A stretch of 64,000 bases of DNA from Eledone cirrhosa. Lineage: Eukaryota. This document shows positions 25,040 through 37,667 of this stretch, one piece after another; positions within the stretch are counted from its first letter, which is position 1, and each line of letters starts with the position of its first letter. The notes under the pieces were generated by a model, which saw only the letters and a program-made list of their open reading frames with translations, had not been told where the DNA came from and searched no databases. The stretch covers positions 36,952,001 to 37,016,000 of the forward strand of contig OZ024745.1 in assembly GCA_964016885.1 (NCBI GenBank). The letters are read 5' to 3'. The position numbers and the translations under genes were made by a program.

Positions 25040-25690
25040 CCAGGTACCACGACGGAAAACGGGAGGGAAAGAAGAGAATGGGGGAGGGAAAATCAGAATA
25101 TGGGATGAAGGAGGAATAGGTATACTGAATGGTGTCGCATGAGGGTGGAAGATGATGGGGAAAATATTGAACCAAGGTGGCTGTATATTGTTAGTACGAA
25201 CGTGATGGTAAGATGTTGAGTAGAATGGTGGTTAGGATGCTATGTAATATAGTGAGAGTAAGATGTTGGGATGCTATGTAATATAGTGAGAGTAAGATGT
25301 TGGGTAACAATGTAGTTATAATGGTGAATTAGATGTTGAATAATATGGTGAGTAATATGGTGGATAAGAGGATAGGTCGGTGGATAATATGATGTGTAAG
25401 ATGGAGGGTAATAATGTAAGTAAAGTAGTGAATAAGTTGAGTAAAATAGTGGGTAAGGTGATAGATAGTGGGTGGGAGGTTAGTAAGAATGGGGGTAGGA
25501 TGGGGGTGAGATGTCTAAAATGGTAGGTAGAGGTGGGTAAGAGGGTGAGTAAGATGGTAGGTAGGTTTGTGGGTAAGTAGGATGGTGGATAAGATGTAGA
25601 AAGTGGGATGATGGGTATGATTGTTGGTACGATGGGGGGTTTGATGGTGGAAAATGGTAGATAATATGTTGAAAAACGGTGAATAACAAA
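25040..25690. repeat. Strand-skewed G/A/T-rich degenerate minisatellite
   Basis: Recurrent ggtgagtaagat-like ~12-mers, almost no C on the plus strand, and an exact ~34-bp duplication at 25235-25303. Confidence 0.7.
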
Positions 25691-28039
25691 GAATATAGTT
25701 TTTCAAAGATGTTTTTTCCTAAAACTGTACCTTCTATTCAGTCCTTCCTGTGTGCAAACGCTCAAGAAAAATACAATTTGAAAAAAAAATATATGTATTT
25801 CATGTCTCTATATAAATTTCCCACAATCATATAATTTTCAAAATAACCATATATCGCTTTTTTGAATAAGGGGTTTTCTGGAAGGCCATCAGTTGCCCAT
25901 ACATACCGCTCACCTCTCTCCACGTCAGAGATGGGGAAAGCAAATGCTGCATACAGCTTAGCACCAGTGTTGTCTCAGCTTATTTTTTCCAGCTTAGTAT
26001 ACTGGAGCAACGTGAAATAAAGTACCTTGATTAAGGATACATTGTCTAAAAATAAGAAGGAATTGTGGCTTGAATGTTTTGATCAGCCAGTGTTCAAATT
26101 GGGCTAAACAATAACATAACGACAACGACATCCTCAAAAACTGATAAACACGACTTCCGTACATAAAAAATCTCCTCTTGTGACTGTAATCTTTAGATGT
26201 TATCTATCAGCCCTATGTTCTAACATACTCTGCAGTTATCTCTCATATCAGACTACTTCTCGGGCCAGTGAAAAAACTACTTTTGAGATTAGTTACCAAA
26301 TTGTCCCTAATGTAGTCCTACACACCCTAGTAAGACATGATTGTTTCATTAGAAAGTCTTCAAACATTGGACTATAAAATGGGAAGATCACATTAGATAA
26401 TAAATAGTTCTGGATGTATATTGCCTGAAAACAAAAATACGGAATGGTCATAGTTGGGACCCCTTTGATCATAACTCTGCTCAATCAAGAGCGCTTTGGA
26501 GGTTAAAGAAAAACAACCCATCACTATGAATAATCAAAATGAAATCCCTTATCAATTTTCTGAGCTCAGTATTCATGTTTAAATAATAATTATTTGGTGG
26601 AAATTATGATTTCCACACTTTTATAAAGCTTCTTTTTTTTTTACAGTGTCTTAATCAGAGGAAGAAGGGAAGCGCTCTTTGGTCCTTTACGGGGCTTCTG
26701 AGATTTTTGGAAGGGAGGACGTTATTCTCAGACATCGGAGAACTGGTCCGAATGCTTGCCACATAATTGATTCTATAAGTGGCACCCAGAGCCAAGCTTT
26801 GATATTAAATCGGATGTGTGATTAAACCTAACACTCAAGAACTGGAACGGTCAGTCCAAAGACAAGCTTTCATGCAGTTTCCGTCAATCAAATTTCGCTT
26901 ATAAGGTTTTGGTACTCCAATGGTTATAGAAGACATTTACTCATAGTGCAGCACTGGAAGAGCAAACTCTATATATGCGAAGCGAACTTTTTAACCACAC
27001 ATCCATTGTCTAAAGTAAAACAATTATTGTTTTTAGCTTTTCCTCACGCCACTTAAAATAAACTGATCAATTACGTTTAACGACTAAAGTCAAACAGCTT
27101 TAATTGAATTAGATATTATGGTATAGGTTATTTTGAGTTTAATTTCAGTGATATTAATTAACTTATTTCTTTCCTCCAACGCTCTCCTACATATCAATTA
27201 GAATACAAGTTAAAAACTAGTAAACAAATGCCAGACTACATAAGAATATTTTTTTCTTTCACTATTAATTTATGTCAAGGTAGTGGATAAGCAGAATTAT
27301 TAAAGCGCATATAAAAGCTAATCAGTATTTGTTCTGGCTCTTTACGTTCTGAGTTCAAATCCCGTCCAGCTCAACATTGCCTTACATTGTCAAGTCGATA
27401 TAATCGACTTTTTCTTCCCCCATTAAATTACTGGCCTTGTGCCAAAATGAGAAACCAGAAGGCGGTGAATTGGTAGAGTCGGATCGATCCAATTATCAAT
27501 CGAATAAAATCGTGATGACTGTCTTGCTGCCCCACTTTTTTTGTCAACTATTTGAACTTCCACTTATACTGGACCTGTCAGCTTTGTGGGTTTTCTTAAC
27601 TGAAGCAGTTGGAAAAGTTCAAGTACCTCGGGGCCGTTTTCACGACTGATGGAGGTCAGGATGTAGAATTACATGCAAGAATTGCAGGAGATGGTGTAAT
27701 AATTGTTTCTTCTTTTGGCACAAGACCAGCAATTATCCCAGTGCATTACTGGTGTTTTATTTTATCGACCCGGTAAGGATGAAAGGCAAAGGTGTAATAA
27801 TGCGACAGCTTCAGCATTCGGTCATCAGCAATGTAAAAGCCAAACCCGCTATCTTCAATTCGGTATTTGTACCTACTCTTAGGTATGGTCATGAATTTTA
27901 AGTAGTGACCGAAAGAATACATTAAAAATACATTCGTGCAACGATTTTAGAAGCCACACACGCAGTCAGATTTTATCGATGCATAGAAAACAAAAGAACA
28001 GGTTTTCTCTGTTGTTTAGTTTCTAAAATGGTATACTGA

Positions 28040-29420
28040 TACTTCAAAGTCATTACCATTGAAACGACCTTCCTCGAACGCTAGAAGGAGCACTTCGGCC
28101 TTCTTCTACATCACCCACCCGCCCCAATCGATCTCTGCCTAACCATCACCGCAGACACGGCTGCAGCCAACAACTCCTGCAGACTCGATCCTGTTACTCC
28201 CGATGAAACCAGAGTCGCCCTGAAGAATCTCTAAAAACCACAAAGCCTCTGAAATCTGTAGTATCACCGCGGAGATGTTGAAGGCAGGCAGATAACATGA
28301 TACAGTGGCTCACCCGTCTCCTTAACCATGTATGAGTCTCAGAGCGGCTCCCAAATGACTGGATCCGAGGCATTATCCTCCTCTTCTGGAAACGGAAGGG
28401 TGACAAACTCGTCTGCAGCAACCAGAGGGGCATGACGCTTCTCTCCAATCCAAGCAAGATCTTCACCAAGATCCTCCTCAACCGTGCTCTTTCCATCATC
28501 AGAAGCGGACGTCACCCACAACAAACTCGATTCATGTCTAATTGATCTACCGCTGACCATATTTCTGCCCTCCGCCTCATTATCGAAAAATCTCGGGTGT
28601 TCCATAGAGATCGCTGCCTCTACGCCACCTTCGTCGACATCAAGGCGGCTTTCGACACGTTCGACCATGCATCCCTCTGGAAAATTCTCCAGCTTGTCGG
28701 CGCACCTCCAGATCATCACCCTGTGCCAACAGCTCTATAGCAGTGTGCAGATAAACGGTGTGTCGAGAGCTGCGTGCGGATAAACGGGAGGATCCGTGGA
28801 GTTTGTCAGCTCCTTCATTTACCAGGGCTCGACTGTCACCAGCAATGGAGATCTGGCCCCGGAGATGAACCGCAGATGTGGCCTGGCTGCCGGGGTCCTT
28901 CACTCCATATGGAAGCCCGTTTGGCGCTATTGTTCAATTTTCCAGAAGACGAAGCTCCGTATTTGCAACGTGTCGGTCCTCATCGTTCTCTTCTATGGAG
29001 CCGAAACGTAACCCCTCACAAAGACCCTGACAAGAAGGATCGACAGCTTCAATGGCAGAGACCTGAGGACCATAAAGAACATCAGATGATACGACCACGT
29101 TTCCAACAAAGTGTTGCGTGCGCGCACGCATCAGCCCACAGCTTCCATCTTCATAGCTATCCGCTGCATGCGTTGGTACGGACATGTCCTCCACTTTACA
29201 CAAGATCATCCTACTAAGGCCTAACTCTGGTTTGACGCAGCCGCTGCAAGCTGGAAGAGGCGCAGCGGCAGGCCCCACACCAGATAGCTGGATGTTATCA
29301 GGGAAGAGCTCCGGAGTCTCTACATCAGCTTGGAGGATGCAGAGGAGCTGACATGGACTGCCAGCAATGGAGGGCGCTGGTGGACCATGCTTAGGATGAC
29401 AGAGGCCTCGTCGAACAAGA
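28040..29420 (+). mobile_element. Decayed GC-rich RTE LINE (third family), internally deleted
   Basis: WKRKGDKLVCSNQRGMTLLS, FVDIKAAFD, EFVSSFIYQGS, LFYGAET and WYGHV remnants in shifting frames. Confidence 0.8.
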
Positions 29421-29584
29421 GCAAGAAGACGAACTAATAAAGTTTACCCTGCCACACTTTCTCTATATAATGTATTTATTCGTGGCTAATTAAATCAAGT
29501 AAATTTAGGTCTGTTTAAGTGGTTCAGTGTAAAATCGCTATTCTTAATTTGAAGTGACATGTACAAAATCCACCCTGTATGCTC

Positions 29585-29925
29585 ATCTGGTACCACAACA
29601 AAAGCACCCACTCCATCCTGTAAGGTGATCGTGATGGTGACGCGGTCAAAAAGCGCCTTGTCCACACTGTAAGGTGATTGTGATGGCGACACGACAAAAA
29701 AGCGCCCAGTTACCCTGTAAGGGTGCCACGATAAAAAAACACCCAGTCTACACTGTAATGTAGTTGGTGTTACGAAGGGCATCCAGTCGTAGAAACCAAA
29801 TCAAAATACAGACCATAAGAGCAAGACGTAGTCTCTGGACCTGATTTGTCTCATAACGTGACAACCCGTCTAACCCATGCAAATGTGGAAAATGGACATT
29901 AAACGATGACGATGATGATGATGAT
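29585..29925 (+). mobile_element. RTE-A/SINE-type 3' end with four ~40-47-bp subrepeats and (GAT)n tail
   Basis: Four ggtgccacg..aaaa..gcaccc..ctgtaag modules, then gttggtgttacgaagggcatccag and acccgtctaacccatgc...ttaaacgatgacgatgat. Confidence 0.8.
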
Positions 29926-30799
29926 TACTCACTTTGAAGTAAATATGACTTTTAATGTTTATACGCTATCACAAGAATATGGACATTCTTTATGTCTATG
30001 TACAATATATTTCCAGTAAAATTGAAAAAAAAAAACAATTTCTATTACAGTTTCTCCTTTTCTATTTCACCTACAATCTTCACAATTATTATATATCTAT
30101 ACCACTTATCGCATCATATATACAGCAACTAATTTCGTTCCATGGTTCGTGTTTATATTTTTCGATTTTCCAGTATTAAATTTAACTTTCATTTTAATGG
30201 AATTTTAAAATATGACCATGCTCAATAAAATAAAGTACCAGTCAACTATTTGAATCCATCTAATCGATTATATATCCCCTTGATATTAAAATATCTGCTC
30301 TCGTACCTGTGTAAGAAATCGTTATTGATTGATACAGCAGCAAGCAAGGCAGATTGTTCAATGCAACGATTTACTTATTTATTACCATTATGTCCACTCG
30401 TAGTTTTAATTTTCTTGAATCACGTCAGAGTTTTCTCTCGTTGTTTTATGTATTGCTGGTTGGTTAGGTAATAGTGTAATATCAACAGCTGTACCTTTAC
30501 CTGTATATTGGATATACACTTCGTGCCAACTAGTGGCAAACCGATTCTCTTTAGTCGGCAGTGGCTCCCCACTACTCATTGTACACAGGAATAGCTATGG
30601 TACTCACACAAATGTTTACTTTGATTCAACCGGCCTCTACTGAAGTCAACATATAATATGCAGGTTTGTATGTAAATATATATTTATATACGTAAATGTT
30701 AATGTTGGATTGTAGATTCTGGGAATAAACATACTAACAAACATTTACTGAAGGGAGTGACCTCATGTTTGTAGCCGAGTCGTATTTAGTATATTTAAT

Positions 30800-30878
30800 T
30801 TCGTTGACGGGTACTCGAGTTTCGCCGAGCCAACGAATGAATAATTGGCTCCACGAAACTTGGGTACCAGTCAACGAA
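30800..30878. repeat. 79-bp imperfect inverted repeat (MITE-like or RNA hairpin)
   Basis: 34-bp arms ttcgttgacgggtactcgagtttcgccgagccaa and ttggctccacgaaacttgggtaccagtcaacgaa; 11-nt loop. Confidence 0.85.
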
Positions 30879-33595
30879 GATACATATAATAATCATATAT
30901 AAAGTAAGTTGATGTTTTTATTTGTATTTACATAAGAAAACCTTTGAAGTTCCTTAAATCATTGAACTTTCTTTCCAGTTATGTCTCACGCTTTAATTTT
31001 CACTCATTCCTCTCAACAATTAATAGCTTCATTTAATATCTCACTTAGCTTGGTGTATATTAACGACCATCCTCTAGATAGCACACATACGTATTAATAT
31101 TAGGAAATCTTTCATTTTAAGATCACATACAACCTCCAGTAATTTCCGTGAGTGGAAATGACAATTTTAAAAGAATTTGATCAACATAATTGTAATAGAC
31201 ACCTTCGGAAATGTACCTCGACAAAATATACATTATTTAGAAAGTTATGAGGAAACAAAATCGACTTGCACTACTGTGTAATTATGATTCTTTATGCCAG
31301 GTGTTCAAATCCCTTGCGGGTCGATTATTCTCTTTCATCCTGATGATGGTGTCTTGTCTTCCATCATATCTCCAATTACATCTACAACGCATCATAGGAA
31401 TATTAACAGACTGCGCTATGTGGTTGGTACTTTATTTTATTGCTCTGGAGGGATAGACAGCAAAGTTGACTTCAGCGAGTTTTGAACTCCGAACATTGAT
31501 TACTTAGATCGATATAATCAAATATATCACCCGTCAAAAAATTTGAGGTATTTTAGAAATTAATACGACAGAATTACAGAATTAGTGGAGTGTCGGACAA
31601 AACGATTTGTGCCAATATTTAGCCAATAGTCTTGACATTCTGCCGAGGTCATCTTTCCGGGTTCGCTAAAAGTACTTATCGTGTACTGGTTTTTAAATTT
31701 ATATATATACACATACCTTTTCCACTAAGTATATAGTCTCATACCTATGTTAAATATGAATATGATTTTATAGGTTGTTGTCAGTTTAAGTCGAGACAGG
31801 TTTTCTTCATTCTTCACATAATCTAAATATAGTCTGATAAAAAAGATTCACAAAAGATTTATGATTTGTATAGTTATTTAAATCAAGTTCGGTGCCTCAC
31901 AACTCCGAATTCACACCCCACTGCGGTTGACGTTGCTATTTCATTTGTCCGCAATAATTACCTGTAACTTACTGGTCCAATGCAGTCGATTGGCACCTTG
32001 TAATATAGCATTGATTTTTGTACGTAGTCTCACTTGAATTCTTTCGTATGTAAGTATATGACTCTACAGAACTAATATGTACGAATCTCCGTATAACTAC
32101 AGTTTATTAATTTACATCTTTTAATGCTTTCACTATTGTTTATAATTCCGTTTGTTTAAAGCTTCATTTACACATTACTTTTGATTTGTGTTTGTAGTAG
32201 TTTAAACATAATCGCGGAAACTTTTTCATTATCCCTTCTAATTCCATGTTAAGTAATATTTGGATAATGTCACAGATTTTATATACTGGTACGCAATATC
32301 ATTTCTACAACTATAGAAAAACATTCACCAACATAATCGTAATCAACTCTTTCGAAAATGTATCTCTGCAAAATTTATTTAAGAAATATGACTTATTAAA
32401 AAAGTTATGGGGAAACAAAGTTGGAGGAGGTAGTACTAAACTGTAGTTATGCCCGAATCTTATATATATATATGAGTAATTATATATGTTTTCCTATGTG
32501 CACACTGAATTAACTACACTGACCACACTAATGTAGTTAGTTGCTGCTTTGACTAGTTGTAGCTCCCAGTTGTCATTTATTTATATATAATGCATCAATC
32601 CTCGTATATTTCTAATCGAATTTTAGTAGTTGCAAAGAAAAGAGAAAAACAGTCCTAAGAGATGAATTTTTGAGGTTTCATGCGGTTTCAGATTTCGAAT
32701 GAGGTTCTTTAACCTTTCTCATTACCGTATTTCTAATGAAAGACGTCTGTTATTTTCAAAATAAAGAATTTTGAGGGATTTAGTAATATAATTAACTTTA
32801 TCATTATTAAGCTGATGTTTAGAACCTACCACAACAAAAGTTCTTACATAAAATTGTGATGGAATGGTTTTAGATAAATATATACACTTTAATCTTTTCG
32901 TTACCATCTTTATCACGTAAGACACTGGTTATGATTTTCAAATGATTTTGAAAATAATCAGGGATTTAAAGAGATTTAGTAATATAACAAACAAACTTCA
33001 TCATTATTAAGCTGATATTTGGAACATAACTTAACAAAGGTTCTTCCATACAATTACGGTGGAAGTATTTATTTATAAATATAAACTCTTTAAAATAAAC
33101 AGCTTACTATCGTATGACCAGGGGCGGTGGTTTTAGTATCAAAAGGATGAGTATTGAAGTTTCTGACAAGAAACACACACGGTGTGGATATTACATGAAC
33201 TCTATGTTTTGTACACTTTTCTCCATGTGCCTTTTTTTTGTTACGAATTTATAATAATTAACAGGTATAACTGGATTCCAGCCAATATTGTCGTATTTTA
33301 ACTTCTTGCTCGTTTTATTGGTGCAAAGCAGGTTATGTGTTTGCGAATGTATACGTTTGTATGTACACACACTGTGTGTATCTGGTTTAGAATAGGTACT
33401 ACTGCTACATGTCGGAAGAAGCAACTTAAAGGGTTGGTGTCAGGAAAGGTATCAAGCTGTAAAATGCCTCAAAAAGTCCAGCGCAACTCATGGCAGCATA
33501 GAGAAGCTGATGTAAAAATGATAATGATTACACACACACACACACTTACACATGGATGTACATATATATTTATGTGTGTGTATAAATATTTACGC

Positions 33596-33639
<44 letters not shown>

Positions 33640-33641
<2 letters not shown>

Positions 33642-33912
33642 GAGGTGCGTGGCCTGGTCTAAGAGTATTGGACTTACGATCATGATGTCGTGGGTTTCAT
33701 TCCTGGACTGGATTGTGCGTTATATTCTTGACCAAAACACTTCATTTCACATTGCTCCAGTATACTTAGCTGAAAATTGAGTATCAGCAATAGCTGTGGG
33801 TTTAAAAATGGCGTACTATTCAGGTGGGTGGGAGTCTTGGACTCTCAGTTGCTCCACACCACGAAAACTGTTATAAGCACTGGCCTGATCAGCCTCTGGG
33901 CTCGAGACAGAC
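33640..33912 (+). mobile_element. SINE, family-A-like head, inserted at a (TA)n tract
   Basis: ggaggtgcgtggcc...cttgaccaaaacacttcatttcacattgctccagtatacttagctg; distinct tail. Confidence 0.7.
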
Positions 33913-34539
33913 TATATAGATATATATGTGTGTAGCATGTACCCTTGTTCTTGTTTAATCACTGACCATGCTTGATCCAACAAACCTGTAATCAAATATA
34001 TTATTTAAACATGTGGATTGGCAGTATCGGTAGAGGGTCGGACGCCAAGCTTTGACTCATAGAGTTACGGCCCTTGCCATTCTGAGTTCAAATCCCGCCG
34101 AGGTTAACTTTGCCTCTCATCCTTATGAGGTCGATAAAATAAAGTACCAGTAAAACACTGGGTAATTGCTGGCCTTGTGCCAAAAGTAGAAACAAGTATA
34201 TTTAAGATTTCATTGTCTGTAGAGCATCAGACAACATGCTTTGTGATATATGGTTACATTGCTTTACGTTTTGATGTAATAGTATCTGTATACCTGGTCC
34301 TGACTTCCTTCTTAACACTTCCCACTTTATCCTAGGTCGACTTGAACCTGTCAGTTGTGTGGGCTTCTTTGGCTTTAGGTAGTCTCAAACTGTAGATAAC
34401 TTGATGATCAGTTGATAGCTCAGCCCCTCTCTTAACATGGACATCCAGCACAGAATTGAAGAGATCAAAGACAATAACAAAATCAATTATTGACTTTATT
34501 CCCTAATTCCCCTTATATCATGTATAGATAGATGCCTGT

Positions 34540-35520
34540 ACTAGAGATGTTAAAGGCCTTAAATAGAGAAGGCATTCTCATGTGCTGAGTGGCCATCATC
34601 TCTGGAAAGGCATCTAAGCAATGGCAATTGGAAGTGATAATCCCAATTTTCAAAAGGGAGACAATGAGATTGCTCCAATTATAGAGGGATCTCCTTGTTA
34701 AGGCTCTCCAGTAAAATCTTTGCTTAGTGACTGGCAAAGAGAAATAGGAAGATTGTCGCGTCCAAGCTAACTGATGAACAGTGTTTTTCACCCCAGACAC
34801 AGCACAGCTGACTAATTATTCGTACTGCAGCAGGTCTTTGAGAAATTGTGGAAGTACTTGCCAAGAGGTGTATTCTTGCTTTGTAGACCTTGAAAAGGCA
34901 TATGACTGTGTTCCATGTGATCTGCTGTGGAAGGTTCTGCATGTGTATGGGATTGATGATCAGCTTCTTGTTGCTCTGATGTCTCTATATAAATACCCAA
35001 GTATTTGTGTTCAGATAAATGGGGCTAAATTGAAACCATTCAATGTGGGAATCGGACTCTGCCAAGGGTGCATACTGTCATCTCTCCTGTTCATTACGAT
35101 AAAATAAAGTACCAGTAATGCACTGGGTAATTGCTGGCCTTGTGCCTAAAGTAGAAACAATTATTTTCATGAACAGGATTGACATGTGCAGCTGGGTTGG
35201 AAGTGATATTATGACTGGCAGGTGTAGAATCAATTGACTGGAATTAGCAGATGACATGGTATTATTTAACTCAACAGAAGCTAATCTCCGACTTGCACTT
35301 AATAGGTTTAATACCGAGTACTAGACAGATTTTATGGGCAAAACCAACCGGCAGGAGACCCAGGGCTAGACCCCAAGCAATATGGTTGGATAATGAGCTT
35401 GGCTTGTTTCACTTGGGGATCCAGCCAGATCAGTTGGAAACAGTTGCTTCTGACAGGACTCACTGCCCCCATGACCTTCTCAAGATTAAGTCTGCAAAGA
35501 AGATTTGTATCATTAACCAA
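34540..35520 (+). mobile_element. Decayed RTE-type RT, interrupted by a SINE-B 3' end (about 35097-35164)
   Basis: KGDNEDCSNYRGISLL-like, CFVDLEKAYD, GLCQGCILSSLLF. Confidence 0.8.
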
Positions 35521-36368
35521 AGGCTGTCTCAGAAGAAGTGGTATTGAAAGTGTGAATGCACTGAAGGTTCCTTCTCATGCCATATGTCTCGTTGACTAAA
35601 TTCTATTATTACTGTGAAACAAACTTATTCCTGAAGGTTTTCACATAAAACAGCAAGGAAGCCTCAATGTGATTAATTAATAACTGCTTAATCTCCAAAT
35701 CACACTATCATCTTAAATAATGGAGCACTTTGTTGATGTTTAGCCCTAATTGAACAGTCCTCTGGTCAAATGCATTCAAATTATGATCATTTCTACATTT
35801 TCCCCAGTAGATGTGTACCTGGGACTACATTATCCAATATTTTTTTATTTTGAAGACAGTTAAGTGTGTTTTAAGAGATATTTGTCTGCTATTTCTTGCA
35901 TGTCAAGAGGCTACATAGAAGTGGAAGGTATGTGGGTCTGAATGTTTCCATTTGTAAAACCCAATGCTCCAACAAAAAAACAAACAAACAAACATTCTTT
36001 TTCTGTTAGTGTATGTGTAAATATCGGGGAATAATGTAAAACAGTATTGTGTGTGTGTGTGTGAGAGGGAGGTTGAAAGAGTCACTGTGGTTTCATTCAG
36101 TTATCCTTGCTCCCCAGTTTTCGATGACAAATAAAAACAAAAGAACGGAGATTATTCCCTGTAAACATTAAAGACAATGTTGTGTTTGAGTTGTTAGTAA
36201 AATCTATGTTTGTGTCCAACTTTATTGTGAACTATAGATTATATAATGTGTACTTGCTCAAGGCAGTGAATTGGCAGAATCATTAAATGTTGTATAGCAC
36301 TATGGTGCCCCTATGACTTAATACAGAGTTAAAGGCCTATGGATGGATATATGTACTTATACATTAAT

Positions 36369-36770
36369 GAAGGCGTATGGCTTAGTGGTTAGAGCATTGG
36401 GCTTGCAATCGAAAGGTTATGAGTTCAATTCTCGGACCGGGTGATGTGTTGTTTCCTTGAGCAAGACACTTTATTTCACATTGCTCCAGTTTACTCAGCT
36501 GTAGAAATGAGATGATAGGACTGGAGTCCCTATCATTTCACTGCAAAGTGGTCATGGAGGTGCCACGGCAAAAAAGCACCCAGCCCACACTGTAAAGTGG
36601 ATGTGTAAATGAGGTTGGTGTTAGGAAGGGCATCCAGCTGTAGAAATCAAGCCAGAATTAGTTCCCGTATGAGCAAGACAAGGTCAGCCGACCGGACACT
36701 GCCCGCAACAGGACAACCCGTCTAACCCATGCTAGCGTGGAAGAACGGACGTAAAACAGTGATGATGATG
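36369..36770 (+). mobile_element. Full-length SINE family A (tRNA head, CORE-like body, RTE-A 3' tail)
   Basis: A and B boxes; CORE-like block; 3' part shares ccacactgtaaa, gttggtgttaggaagggcatccagctgtagaaa, aacccatgc and (GAT)n with RTE-A; flanked by ATTAAA at 36282 and 36771. Confidence 0.9.
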
Positions 36771-37460
36771 ATTAAAACATTGGATCGAATGCTTCACAGT
36801 ATTCATTCCCACTCTCTGCATTCCAAGTTCAGATCATGTTGAGGTCAATATTTTGTCTTTCATTCTTTTGAGGTCGATAAATAAAGGACCAGGCCACTAC
36901 TGAGGTTGACTCCCCCCCCCCCCCCCCCCCCCCCCTCACTCTCCGCCCACTCTCTCTCTCAAAAGATCGACTTTGTTTAGAGCTGGAGAGGGATTGGTTC
37001 CACCAGATTTTAAAATGATCACAAAAATGTTGTATGGTGCTCTTATGACTTAATACAGAGTTAAAGGCCCATGGATGGATAGATGTACTTATACATTAAT
37101 TTATTCAGACTAGTGTTTTCATCTTGGTTGTTATAGTCACAACGATTTGACCATCATATTTTTCACCTAGAATTGAATTCTTGCCCCATGGCATAGTTAG
37201 TATAAGCATTTCTCAGTGTTAAGTGTGTTGAGTGGTTAGCACTAATTTTCTTTTTTTTATGAGTTTGAATAAGTTTCTTATATTAATTACTTCTGGTGCA
37301 ATTTATTCATAATGTGTTATATTCCAAATAATAATTAAAAAAAAAAAATTGACAGGGTTATTTTTTCCATATCACATACTCACAAAATAATTAGAATGGT
37401 ATTCATTCCTATCTGCTGTATCTGTCTTTTATTCTGATACTGGTTCCAATCATTAGACTG

Positions 37461-37667
37461 CAGGAGAAGACACATGGCCTAGTGATTAGGGTGTTAGATT
37501 TATGATCATAAAGTTATGGGTTTGAGACCTGGATTGGGTTGTGTGATATACTCTTGAGCAAGATGTTTCGTTTCAGACTGTTTTTCATAATAGGACTGGA
37601 ATACAACTTTATTGGAGGCTGACTAAACCTACATAGCTGTGAGCTGTGAATTTCATTTAATATTTTT
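37461..37667 (+). mobile_element. Short SINE-A variant (tail related to the 20508 copy)
   Basis: A-box-like catggcctagtg and cttgagcaagatg; TSD CATTAGACTG at 37451 and 37668. Confidence 0.7.

Noticed and set aside
30460-32060. Specific first exon of the F-box gene (plus-strand GT donors near 30468, 30664, 30904, 32050)
   Set aside because: Several weak candidates and no way to choose among them from sequence alone.
36369-36445. tRNA gene (TGC anticodon-like loop, A and B boxes)
   Set aside because: Imperfect cloverleaf followed by a CORE-like body and LINE tail, in multiple copies: a SINE head.
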